Below are positions 1 to 14,578 of a DNA stretch of 64,000 nt, one piece after another; the first letter of the stretch is position 1; each line of letters begins with the position of its first letter. The position numbers were made by a program, and so were the translations under genes. Under the pieces are notes generated by a model. That model saw only the letters and a program-made list of their open reading frames with translations. It was not told the origin of the DNA and did not search any database. The DNA lies in the IMG/VR virus record IMGVR_UViG_3300047546_001659, positions 32,001 to 96,000 of that record, one strand, 5' to 3'. This DNA comes from a virus.

Positions 1-340
1 TATTAAACCAAAGATATCCTTGAGCTGCTGCACCCGGTACAGTATCAGAAACCGTAACTGAAGCACCTCCTCCACCACCAGTTCCACCAACACCCGCTGA
101 TCCTGTATAACCCCTTAAACCCTGATCACCTTGCGAACCAGTATAACCAGGAGTAGTGCTGACTGGGCCTATTTCTCCCTGTGAGCCAGTATAACCCAAA
201 TCACCCTTTGATCCGGAGTAACCAATAGTTGTAGATGAAGCACGCCAATATCCGCCGCCAGAACTAGACCAAATCCAAGTTCTGTCTCCTACTGAATACG
301 ATTGCCCTTCAACAGGACTATTAGGAAAATTTATAGCCAT
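1..340 (-). CDS. Collagen-like fibre protein (3' part runs off the window; absent from ORF track)
   Basis: Manual translation from ATG at 340: MAINFPNSPVEGQSYSVGDRTWIWSSSGGGYWRASSTTIGYSGSKGDLGYTGSQG...SVTVSDTVPGAAAQGYLWFN. Same N-terminal module and GYTGS repeats as its neighbours. Confidence 0.85.
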   Translation of the reverse strand, partial: MAINFPNSPVEGQSYSVGDRTWIWSSSGGGYWRASSTTIGYSGSKGDLGYTGSQGEIGPVSTTPGYTGSQGDQGLRGYTGSAGVGGTGGGGGASVTVSDTVPGAAAQGYLWFN

Positions 341-367
341 TAATTATTTCTCTTTATACGTATTTAT

Positions 368-1210
368 TCAATATGCTTGGGTATTAGTATTAGGAAATGT
401 TCTAGTATTATTAAGTCCCCATATTATTCTTACAACACCATTTGCACCATATCCCGGTACTTGTACATACCATCCACCTCTACCACCTCCTCCTCCATAT
501 AACCCACCTGGTCCACCTACACCATTGTTTCTAGTTACACCATCTGCACCAGATGAACCTGATTTTCCACCTTCACCACCGGAACCAGGACCTTGGTTAC
601 CGCCTCTCCCACCCGCACCAGCATTACCTTGACCATATATTCCTACACCACCACCACCGCCGCCATCTTCAAACCAACCATTACCATTATGCAACATTGC
701 AGCACCACCGCCACCAGAACCACCAGAACCGGGATTGCCATTTGCGGTTAGACCATTACCACCATCACCCCCATTGCCATTATACCCACCAGCACCTCCT
801 GCTCCTGAAATGCCGGTTCCTCCACTTCCGCCTCCTGTTCCAGCCCATCCACCACCACTTGCAGGATTATAATTACCAGAAATACCTCCGCTGCCTCTTA
901 CAGTGGATGTACTAAAAAAGAAACTGTTAGTTGCATTAGCTGAAGGAGTCTGTCCTCCTAAACCCACGGATAAATTATAGGTATTACCTGGTACTACGGA
1001 AATATTGTTTCTCCATCCTAAACCACCACCACCTCCGCTTCTAGAAGCAGCACCTGTACCACATCCTCCTCCGCCTATACAAAGAACTGTTACATTATAA
1101 ACACCCGGTGGACATGTCCATATATAATCACCTGGTGTTGTATACAAAGATTCACCTGGCTCACTATTATACTTTGCATTAGTGCCTATTACTGAATTAA
1201 CAATAGACAT
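368..1210 (-). CDS. Glycine-rich adhesin/fibre-tip protein (gp38-like polyglycine domain)
   Basis: YTTPGDYIWTCPPGVYNVTVLCIGGGG...GANGVVRIIW frame around long Gly-rich segments, typical of phage Gly-rich receptor-binding proteins. Confidence 0.7.
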   Translation of the reverse strand: MSIVNSVIGTNAKYNSEPGESLYTTPGDYIWTCPPGVYNVTVLCIGGGGCGTGAASRSGGGGGLGWRNNISVVPGNTYNLSVGLGGQTPSANATNSFFFSTSTVRGSGGISGNYNPASGGGWAGTGGGSGGTGISGAGGAGGYNGNGGDGGNGLTANGNPGSGGSGGGGAAMLHNGNGWFEDGGGGGGVGIYGQGNAGAGGRGGNQGPGSGGEGGKSGSSGADGVTRNNGVGGPGGLYGGGGGRGGWYVQVPGYGANGVVRIIWGLNNTRTFPNTNTQAY

Positions 1211-2868
1211 TAGAATAGATTTCCACTTATTGTAAATGTATTAGAATATTGAACACATATAATAGTAGCTAAACCTCTTTGTAATAATGTTCTATTACCT
1301 GTATTTGCAGTACCTGCCCAATACATTGTTGTACCAGTATTAGCAATAATAGTAATATTTGCACTAGTATTATTGAATATTGTACAGTTAAATCCTGTAA
1401 GAACAACATCACTATTAATTGTAACATTACTAGTGGTGGATAATAAAGAACCATTATCACCATTTGCAATAACATATGAAGTAGATTTTTCATATACAGG
1501 AAGATCAGTTGTTCCTCGTGAACCAGTGTATCCTACAGGTCCTAAAAATCCATGTGATGATATTTCTACCCATTGTGAACTATCACCATCACTAGTATAA
1601 ACTAATTCAATACCATAATCAGAATTAAACCATCTATCACCATCTAATGGACTTGGAGGTGCAGTATTAGCAATTGTATATGCTCCTCCTGATCCATTCA
1701 ATCCTCTTGAACCCGTATAACCTATAGAACCGGTAAAGCCAGTACCACCAGAACCCGTGAATCCAACAGAACCAGTGTAACCAGCTCCTGTAGATCCAGT
1801 AAAACCAACTGAACCAGTATATCCTATAGAACCTGTAAAACCAACTGAACCTGTATAACCGACCGAGCCTGTAAACCCAATCGAGCCAGTAAAACCAACT
1901 GAACCCGTATATCCTATAGAACCCTGTGAACCAGCATACCCAGTAACAGTTGAAGAATAAACAACACCAGCATTATACAAACCTGCAGCTTTGGCATGAG
2001 CTAATATTCTAGCATCTGAAAGTTTAGACCCACTATAATAAACCGTATGTGATCTAATGTTGGGAGATTGACCATCTGTAGTTGGATTATAACCAATACC
2101 AAATGTAGTTGATGTACCGCCTGTTGGTTCATTTACATATGAAGCAGTTGCGACCTTTATTCCATTTAAATACACTGTTAAGGTTTTCGCTGTACTATCT
2201 TTTACAACTACAAAATGATTGGGAACACCGTTTACAACCCATGCATCTAATGAAGTTAATTGATCTGTACCATTACCATATTCCCAGAATATAGCAATTT
2301 GACCAGTATTTTGAATTCTAATAATAAACTGATAATTTACTGGTGCAGTTTCTCCAGTCGCACCAATATTGGCTACATAGATTGGATTAGTTCCATTTAA
2401 ATTAGGTATTAAAACAGTTTCCCAAGTCCAGTCACCAGTTATAGGAGCTGAAAGCCCCATCAACGATGATGAGGCAGCTCCTGCAGTAGTACTTGAAAAT
2501 AATATACCATTAGCACTTGTATTGGAAGGATAAACAGGACCAAATGCTTGAGTATATGTACCACTTAATGTCAAATTGCCAGCAGGTGCATACGAACCAT
2601 AGTTAATTACACTACCAGCTACTTCGTTAAATTTATACCAGAGATAAGGTGTATCTATAGAAATTTCTTGATCTAGAGAATTTACACCTACAATATATCC
2701 TGGTATACCCTGTGAACCTGTATAACCTATATCACCTTTTGATCCAGTGAAACCAATTGCAAGTGTGTTGGCTTGCCATAATCCATAGTTATTTGCCCAG
2801 TACCAAGTCTGGTTTCCATATGTGTATATTTGATTATTAGATGGATTGCTAGGAAAATTAATTGCCAT
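1210..2868 (-). CDS. Fibre protein: N-terminal AINFP module, LamG/concanavalin-like domain, collagen-like repeats, C-terminal adaptor domain
   Basis: PYLWYKFNE...WTWETVL...HFVVVKDS...VYLNG LamG pattern; (GYTGSV/GFTGSI)n; APPSPLDGDRWFNS motif. Confidence 0.75.
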   Translation of the reverse strand: MAINFPSNPSNNQIYTYGNQTWYWANNYGLWQANTLAIGFTGSKGDIGYTGSQGIPGYIVGVNSLDQEISIDTPYLWYKFNEVAGSVINYGSYAPAGNLTLSGTYTQAFGPVYPSNTSANGILFSSTTAGAASSSLMGLSAPITGDWTWETVLIPNLNGTNPIYVANIGATGETAPVNYQFIIRIQNTGQIAIFWEYGNGTDQLTSLDAWVVNGVPNHFVVVKDSTAKTLTVYLNGIKVATASYVNEPTGGTSTTFGIGYNPTTDGQSPNIRSHTVYYSGSKLSDARILAHAKAAGLYNAGVVYSSTVTGYAGSQGSIGYTGSVGFTGSIGFTGSVGYTGSVGFTGSIGYTGSVGFTGSTGAGYTGSVGFTGSGGTGFTGSIGYTGSRGLNGSGGAYTIANTAPPSPLDGDRWFNSDYGIELVYTSDGDSSQWVEISSHGFLGPVGYTGSRGTTDLPVYEKSTSYVIANGDNGSLLSTTSNVTINSDVVLTGFNCTIFNNTSANITIIANTGTTMYWAGTANTGNRTLLQRGLATIICVQYSNTFTISGNLF

Positions 2869-2871
2869 TTA

Positions 2872-7836
<4,965 letters not shown>

Positions 7837-7866
7837 ATGGCCCTCTTACAAACAGTATATACTGTG

Positions 7867-8070
7867 TTAATTATCTAAAGATTCGTTTTTCTTTGTTTTG
7901 GAATTTGCTTTATCTAAAGCTTTTTGTAATTCCTCAACTTTACTATTTAGGTTTGTATTTTGCTTCTCATAAAAAGCAATCTGAGCTGATTGCAAGATAT
8001 TACTCTTGGTCAGCTCAGTTACCATATTCGTTAATTTTTCCACGTAGATATTATATAACTCAGGACCCAT
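7867..8070 (-). CDS. Small coiled-coil protein, possible fibre assembly factor
   Basis: 67 aa heptad-like ORF tightly packed between fibre genes. Confidence 0.6.
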   Translation of the reverse strand: MGPELYNIYVEKLTNMVTELTKSNILQSAQIAFYEKQNTNLNSKVEELQKALDKANSKTKKNESLDN

Positions 8071-8088
8071 AATATAGAACTTTCACTA

Positions 8089-9672
8089 TCAGAATGAACC
8101 GCCGTCTAATGATCCATAATAGAGGTTAGTACCATCTGATTGTAGAACATATCCAGCAGCCCCAGCAGTTAATTTCTGAAGACCTGATGTTGTATTACCA
8201 ACAAGTAAATCACCATCAGTGTATGTCTTAAATCCAGTACCACCTGATCCATATCCAAGAGCAGTTGAAAGAGTCAAGGTATTAGCCTGAATAGCAACTG
8301 TTAGTGAATTTGTACCAGTAATATTAAGTGCTGTTGAATTAGAAACTAATGCACCTGAATCTAAGTATGCTTTAAGAGTAGCTTGATGATATGAACCATC
8401 TCCAGTATCAACGAATGTTGTAGGTGTTACTGTTAATCCATCAAATAACTTATAAACACCATCTGATGCATCACGGAAGAAGCCAGTATGTTCATGACCA
8501 CCACCGTTATTATTATAGTTACCAAAGAAACCAATATCAATAAGGTCTGTTTGAGTATTGTTAGCAGCAAGTTGAATTAACGGATCAGTTACAATGTAAG
8601 ATTCGACGTTTGAGAATACTGCATTACCAGTAATATGTAAGTCACCACCAATATAGAAGTCATGATAAACTGTGCCAGTGTTAGCAATAAAATTACTATT
8701 TACTGAAAGATTATGAATTTCAATTGTGTTAGCAGATGATGTTATATAAGATGAACTATCAGAACCAAGTCTTAGTTGAGTAAACCAACCAGTATTATAA
8801 ACTGCTCCAACAGAACCGATATCAAATGAATTATCTGAGGTTGGAATTACAGTACCATAAAGACTACCGTTGAGAGTAACTCTATCTTGAATTGCATCAC
8901 CAAGAACAACATTACCGTTGAGTGTTGTTTGACCATTTACTGTTAATGAATCAAATGTTTGAGTAACAGAAGGATTAATATGTACGCCTGTACTATTTGA
9001 TACAAGACCTGTACCTGCAACTACTGCAATTGTTGGTGTTGAAGATTCACCAGTACCACCAGTTACTGATGTACCATTACCTGCCGTGATACTTTGGACA
9101 TAATCACCATCTGTATCAACACCAAGTGTTACACCGTTTGCATTGGTAATTGTAACATTAAGTGTTGCATCACCTAGATTATTAAATGTAACGTTACCAG
9201 TTGCATCACCAGAAAGGGTAAGTTTTGGTGAACGGTTGATTGTAGTTACAAATAGATTTTCAATAGTTGTGTTGGCAGCTGAAAGATAAAGATTACCAGA
9301 GAGTGTTCTGGAATCTGTATTTTGAACAAATGAAGGTCCGGCTGCAGCTGTTGTTGACCAGAATAATTTACCAGATCCATCTACTGCAAGAACGGAACCC
9401 GATGGACCATAAGAACCATTTGCAGAAAGACTGTCAATAGTTGCATTGGCTGTTTTGATTTGATTGAGCCAACCAGTACTGTTTGCAACAAGTGCTTGGT
9501 TAGCTGTAAGAATACCAGGATTTCTTTCACCTGCGATAGGTAAAACAGAACCGAAATTACCGATATAAACGACATTACCAGAGGCTGTAAATGCCAATTC
9601 ACCATTGGCCAGCGACCCCGGCTGTGCTGTGGTTTGTGAACGTTTAATTTGTAATAAATTTGGGGACGCCAT
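8089..9672 (-). CDS. Tail fibre segment protein
   Basis: N-terminal LQIKRS...LANGELAF; beta-rich shaft; DPLIQL...DIGFFGNY...HTGFFRDASDG domain shared with 2872-7836; C-terminal LDGGSF. Confidence 0.75.
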   Translation of the reverse strand: MASPNLLQIKRSQTTAQPGSLANGELAFTASGNVVYIGNFGSVLPIAGERNPGILTANQALVANSTGWLNQIKTANATIDSLSANGSYGPSGSVLAVDGSGKLFWSTTAAAGPSFVQNTDSRTLSGNLYLSAANTTIENLFVTTINRSPKLTLSGDATGNVTFNNLGDATLNVTITNANGVTLGVDTDGDYVQSITAGNGTSVTGGTGESSTPTIAVVAGTGLVSNSTGVHINPSVTQTFDSLTVNGQTTLNGNVVLGDAIQDRVTLNGSLYGTVIPTSDNSFDIGSVGAVYNTGWFTQLRLGSDSSSYITSSANTIEIHNLSVNSNFIANTGTVYHDFYIGGDLHITGNAVFSNVESYIVTDPLIQLAANNTQTDLIDIGFFGNYNNNGGGHEHTGFFRDASDGVYKLFDGLTVTPTTFVDTGDGSYHQATLKAYLDSGALVSNSTALNITGTNSLTVAIQANTLTLSTALGYGSGGTGFKTYTDGDLLVGNTTSGLQKLTAGAAGYVLQSDGTNLYYGSLDGGSF

Positions 9673-10085
9673 TAAAAGTCTCCTCCGTCGAGTGTTTGAT
9701 TTGAAATTTCAAGTGGTAGTATTGTATATTTATCAGATTCGGACACGTAAGTCAAAATATATCCATTCGCCGGCATACCCACTACAACATCATCTAAACC
9801 TGCTAATGTACTTGATCCTCTTGAACCCGTATATCCAAAAGAGCCAGTATATCCCTGAGACCCGGTATAACCCTGTGAACCTGTGTATCCAAATTCACCT
9901 TGGGAGCCCTGATAACCTACGGAACCTCGATATCCGGTCTCACCTCGAGAACCTTGATAACCAACTGATCCCTGAAACCCAACAGTGCCCACGTTTTGCC
10001 AACGTGAGCCATCCCATCTCCAGGTTTTGCCGCCGGTGACTACTTCATCACCAATTTGCGGACTGTTAGGAAAAACTAATGCCAT
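9672..10085 (-). CDS. Short collagen-like fibre connector
   Basis: MALVFPNSPQIGD...TWRWDGSRW module, GYTGSQ repeats, LAGLDDV motif, C-terminal LDGGDF. Confidence 0.75.
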   Translation of the reverse strand: MALVFPNSPQIGDEVVTGGKTWRWDGSRWQNVGTVGFQGSVGYQGSRGETGYRGSVGYQGSQGEFGYTGSQGYTGSQGYTGSFGYTGSRGSSTLAGLDDVVVGMPANGYILTYVSESDKYTILPLEISNQTLDGGDF

Positions 10086-10129
10086 CTATTCTTTACCATT
10101 TTATATTATTTATTTCTTGTAAAAACATA

Positions 10130-13100
10130 TCAGTTACGTATAAATCTGCCAGTAAATCTTGGTTGTGAAGCAGTTGGTGTATTATCAGTTAATTGTGAAC
10201 CTGCAGCTGCATTTTGATAAACAAACAATTCAAAATAATCACTAGCAGAAGCATAAACAATTTCTGATATTGTTACTGCAACTGAAGTACCATATGCTGG
10301 TATTTTCATACCATTTCTTAGAGCTGATCCATTTTTATAAATTGCAATACTTACAGTACCAGTATTACTATTAGTTAAACCTGAGAAAGATACATGGCCT
10401 TCTAAATGATAATAACCTGTTTGTTGTGGTGTGAATGAACTACTAGCAACCTCAGCATTTAAATCGTAATCAGTTGTATTAAATGTTACTTTAGTCCAGT
10501 TGTTATTAGCAATTGATTGTTGAGTAGTTTTTCTTAAACCGAAATTAGATCCTGTAACTACTGCTTGTGATCCTGTATATCCTATTGCACCTTGTGAACC
10601 AACATAACCTACGGATCCAACATAACCTTCAGAACCAACATACCCTGCATCACCCACTGAACCTGTGAATCCAAGTGAACCAGAATATCCTATATCACCT
10701 TGTGAGCCAACATAGCCTGAACCAATAGATCCAGTGAATCCCGCTGAACCAGTTGATCCGGTAAACCCTGTTGACCCTGTAAATCCTGCACCTGTGGAAC
10801 CAGTATATCCAAGAGAACCTGCAGGTCCTTGAGGTCCTGTCAAACCAATTGAACCTTGTGATCCTGTGTATCCGTTAGTACCTGCTGAGCCTGTATATCC
10901 GCCTGCAGGACCAGCAGAACCAGTGAATCCCATTTCACCAGGAGGTCCACCTGCGGTAATACCTAACCATACTTGTTCAGGTTCATAATAGATACTCAAT
11001 ATACCTGTATTAGAATCTAACCATAACAGCCCATCCCACTGTATAGCTGGTGTTGTATCACTAACAATAACGTTAGCTATACCTTCAGAACCAACATAAC
11101 CAACTTCACCTTGTGAACCAGTGTAACCGAGTGATCCTGTAAATCCTATACCTCTAGACCCAGTAAATCCTTTATCACCTTGTGAACCTACAAATCCTGT
11201 GTCTCCACGTGATCCTGTATAACCAATAGATCCAGTGTAACCTAAATCACCTCTAGAACCGACATAGCCTTGAGATCCATCATAACCTGCACCTGTCGAT
11301 CCTGTAAATCCTTGATCACCTTGAGAACCCGCATACCCTACATCACCTTGTGAACCAACATAACCAGCACCGGTAGAACCAGTATAACCTAAATCCCCCT
11401 GTGATCCCGTATATCCCAAATCACCTTGTGATCCAGAATATCCTAATGATCCCGAATAACCTATTTCACCCTGTGATCCTGCATAACCTACAGAACCTGT
11501 ATATCCTATTGATCCAGTATATCCAATAGAACCAGTATAACCATAACCCCCTTGTGAACCTACAGAACCAACATAACCTGCATCACCTCTATCACCAATT
11601 CTTGCTAAAGTAAGAACTGAAATGGTTGCATCTGGAATCGATGAATCACCAGATAAGAATGAAATAGGAACAGTTGAATATGTTGAGTTATCAATTGGAC
11701 TATTAATGATTGCAAATAAAGCATAATTATTTGTGTTGGTACTTGAGGTAATCTTAAAGTGACCTTTAATACCTGAAGTAGAAGCACCAATAACTAGAAG
11801 AGAATTGAATATGTAAGTTAAATCAAGTGCATTTTTATTAATATAAAGAGTATTAGCATTATTAAAAGTAGTATTGCTAAATCTTAAAGTACCTGTACCA
11901 GGATCTGCTGCTTCAGTGTTTGCACTAAAATAGAATAGATAATTATAACCAGCAAATTGACCAGGTTGGCCTTCTATACCTTGAGAACCAGTAAATCCTC
12001 TATCACCTTGAGATCCAGTGTAGCCAATAGAACCAGTATATCCTAGATCACCTTGAGAACCTACGTAGCCTTCTGAACCAACATATCCAGCACCCGTTGA
12101 ACCAGTATAGCCGAGATCACCTACTGATCCAGTAAATCCTATATCACCTTGTGGTCCAGCTGGGCCTGTATCGCCCTGTGATCCAGTAAATCCTTGATCA
12201 CCCTGAGAACCTACATAACCAGCCCCCTGAGAACCTGTATAACCTAAATCACCTTGTGAACCAACATAGCCTTCAGAACCAGTAAATCCTGTTCCCTGTG
12301 ATCCAGTATAACCTAAAACCCCTTGTATACCCTGTGATCCTGTGTATCCCAAAGAACCAGAGTAACCTAATGAACCTGAATATCCAAGAGGTCCAATATT
12401 ACCCTGTATACCTTGATCACCTTTAGAACCCGTAAAGCCCTCTGATCCTGTATATCCTATAGATCCTGTATAACCAAAGGAACCAGTATATCCCAGATCA
12501 CCATAAGATCCAGTATAACCAATATCCCCTTTAGAACCTGTATAACCAAAAGAGCCAGTATATCCTATTGATCCTGTATAGCCAATAGAACCAGTGTAAC
12601 CTAAATCACCATAAGAACCTGTATAACCAATATCACCCTTAGAACCAGTATATCCTATTGATCCTGTATAACCAATAGATCCAGTATAGCCTCTTACACC
12701 CTGATCACCTTGAGAACCAGTGAATCCTAGTGAACCAACATATCCTGTAGAACCAGTATAACCTAAAGATCCTGTGTAACCAAAAGAACCCGTATATCCT
12801 AATGAACCAGCATAACCTGTTATTCCTTGGTCACCTTTGGAACCAGTAAAGCCTGTTGAACCCAAATAACCCGCTGAGCCAGTATAACCGGTGTCACCAA
12901 TATCACCAGTACGAGCAAAAGTTAGAACAACATTAGATTCATTAGTATAGTCAGAATTGCCTGAAACAAAGCTTACTGGAACAATAAAGTAGTTGCTAAT
13001 AAATTGATGTTCACCTATAATATTAAATATAGATGATTTACCTACTTCATCCAAGCTATTGATAGAAAATTGACCTTTAATAGCTGATGTTGAGTCATCA

Positions 13101-14503
13101 ATTGTTTGTAAGAATGAGTATGTTGAATCATAGAATATATCATTCTCATTAATAAACATCTTTGTAACAGATGTATAGGTATTACTATCAAACTTATAAT
13201 GACCTGCACCCGGATCTGTATTTGATGTATTTGCACTAAATTTATAATTAAATGATGCACCACCAAAGTTACCTGTTGTACCTTGTGGACCTTGAACACC
13301 TCTAGAACCCGCGTAACCTATAATACCTTGTGAACCTACAAAACCTGAAGAGCCAGTATAACCTTGCGATCCACCATAACCAGTTGCACCACGTGAACCT
13401 TGATAACCTTCAGATCCTCTATAACCAGTTTCACCTTGGGTAGTACCAAAATATCTTACTTCAATCTCAGCACCATTTTGAGGTGCATATGCCAGTGTTA
13501 GTTCTGTTCCAGCTACTGTATAATCAACAGTAGGTGTTTCTAAAATACCATTAACAAAAACAAAGATATGATTAGGATCAGAGGTAGAATCTGATAAAGT
13601 AAATTGTGTATTGCTTCCGTTAGCAATATAACGAGATGATTTATATGGTCGACCTGCGCCTTCAGAACCAGTATAACCAATACCTATAGATCCTGTATAA
13701 CCTATAGAACCGGTATAGCCGTCTTGACCACCTGAAGGTCCTTGTGGTCCAACTGCACCCACTGAACCCTGATAACCTGTAAGACCTAACGAACCCTGAT
13801 ATCCAACTGAACCGGTATAACCTACAGAACCTTCTGATCCTTGATAACCTGGTGATCCTATTGTAATATCAAAATATCTTACCTCAATCTCAGCATTAAG
13901 AGGAGGTGCGTTATTAAAAGTAATTGTTGTTCCTGATACTGAATAATCAACATCAGGACTTTCAAGAATACCGTTTGTAAATACTAAAATATGGTTAGCA
14001 TTGGCAGTATTTTCAGCTAAAGTAAATACAGTATTGCTGCCATTTCCTGTATATCTAGATGAACTAGAAGGTTTACCTACGAGGCCTGCAGAACCTGTAT
14101 ATCCAGCACCTCTTGAACCTGTGAAACCTAAGGAACCAGCATAACCTTGTGCGCCACCTGGATCACCTGCAGGTCCTTTATCACCAACTGATCCTGAATA
14201 ACCTATAGAACCTGAATAACCAGTACTGCCTTGAGATCCTGAATAGCCAACATTACCTGCCGAACCGGTATAACCAACACCATCGTTTTCAATATATCTT
14301 ATTTCAATATCAGTAGAATTAAATGGGGTTGACGCTAAATTTATTGTGTTACTATTGACAATAACATAGTCAACATCTGGAATTTGTACAAGACCGTTGA
14401 CAATAACAAGGATGCTATTGGCTGAGTTTACTGTCTGTAAAAGTGGGTAGGAATTAGCCGTTCCGTTGGCAGATATTTGTTGACTATTAAAAACCAGAGA
14501 CAT
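10130..14503 (-). CDS. Large collagen-like virion fibre (1457 aa): three Ig-like N-terminal repeats, long G-X-Y tracts, C-terminal C1q/TNF-like head
   Basis: Three copies of NGxNxxFxL...ILVFxNGILExPxVDY...APxxxAEIEVRY; several hundred residues of G-[YF]-[TVS]-G-S-x; C-terminal WTKVTFNT...FTPQQTGYYHL...DYFELFVYQ...FTG. Confidence 0.8.
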   Translation of the reverse strand: MSLVFNSQQISANGTANSYPLLQTVNSANSILVIVNGLVQIPDVDYVIVNSNTINLASTPFNSTDIEIRYIENDGVGYTGSAGNVGYSGSQGSTGYSGSIGYSGSVGDKGPAGDPGGAQGYAGSLGFTGSRGAGYTGSAGLVGKPSSSSRYTGNGSNTVFTLAENTANANHILVFTNGILESPDVDYSVSGTTITFNNAPPLNAEIEVRYFDITIGSPGYQGSEGSVGYTGSVGYQGSLGLTGYQGSVGAVGPQGPSGGQDGYTGSIGYTGSIGIGYTGSEGAGRPYKSSRYIANGSNTQFTLSDSTSDPNHIFVFVNGILETPTVDYTVAGTELTLAYAPQNGAEIEVRYFGTTQGETGYRGSEGYQGSRGATGYGGSQGYTGSSGFVGSQGIIGYAGSRGVQGPQGTTGNFGGASFNYKFSANTSNTDPGAGHYKFDSNTYTSVTKMFINENDIFYDSTYSFLQTIDDSTSAIKGQFSINSLDEVGKSSIFNIIGEHQFISNYFIVPVSFVSGNSDYTNESNVVLTFARTGDIGDTGYTGSAGYLGSTGFTGSKGDQGITGYAGSLGYTGSFGYTGSLGYTGSTGYVGSLGFTGSQGDQGVRGYTGSIGYTGSIGYTGSKGDIGYTGSYGDLGYTGSIGYTGSIGYTGSFGYTGSKGDIGYTGSYGDLGYTGSFGYTGSIGYTGSEGFTGSKGDQGIQGNIGPLGYSGSLGYSGSLGYTGSQGIQGVLGYTGSQGTGFTGSEGYVGSQGDLGYTGSQGAGYVGSQGDQGFTGSQGDTGPAGPQGDIGFTGSVGDLGYTGSTGAGYVGSEGYVGSQGDLGYTGSIGYTGSQGDRGFTGSQGIEGQPGQFAGYNYLFYFSANTEAADPGTGTLRFSNTTFNNANTLYINKNALDLTYIFNSLLVIGASTSGIKGHFKITSSTNTNNYALFAIINSPIDNSTYSTVPISFLSGDSSIPDATISVLTLARIGDRGDAGYVGSVGSQGGYGYTGSIGYTGSIGYTGSVGYAGSQGEIGYSGSLGYSGSQGDLGYTGSQGDLGYTGSTGAGYVGSQGDVGYAGSQGDQGFTGSTGAGYDGSQGYVGSRGDLGYTGSIGYTGSRGDTGFVGSQGDKGFTGSRGIGFTGSLGYTGSQGEVGYVGSEGIANVIVSDTTPAIQWDGLLWLDSNTGILSIYYEPEQVWLGITAGGPPGEMGFTGSAGPAGGYTGSAGTNGYTGSQGSIGLTGPQGPAGSLGYTGSTGAGFTGSTGFTGSTGSAGFTGSIGSGYVGSQGDIGYSGSLGFTGSVGDAGYVGSEGYVGSVGYVGSQGAIGYTGSQAVVTGSNFGLRKTTQQSIANNNWTKVTFNTTDYDLNAEVASSSFTPQQTGYYHLEGHVSFSGLTNSNTGTVSIAIYKNGSALRNGMKIPAYGTSVAVTISEIVYASASDYFELFVYQNAAAGSQLTDNTPTASQPRFTGRFIRN

Positions 14504-14506
14504 TTA

Positions 14507-14535
14507 TTGCCTTATTTTTTATCTAGATATATAAT
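14507..14535 (+). promoter_or_regulatory. Sigma70-type promoter of the glycosyltransferase gene
   Basis: TTGCCT-N17-TATAAT. Confidence 0.6.
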
Positions 14536-14550
14536 GATAGAATTCTGAGA

Positions 14551-14558
14551 TATTTATG
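14551..14558 (-). promoter_or_regulatory. T4-type late promoter for the collagen fibre operon
   Basis: CATAAATA (one mismatch to TATAAATA) about 50 nt upstream of the ATG at 14503. Confidence 0.55.
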
Positions 14559-14578
14559 TTTTTATAATGAGGTATATT

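Noticed and set aside
11090-12900. Short regularly recurring DNA motifs that could look like a CRISPR array or satellite
   Set aside because: They vary at third codon positions, have no unique spacers and are fully explained by the G-X-Y protein repeat.
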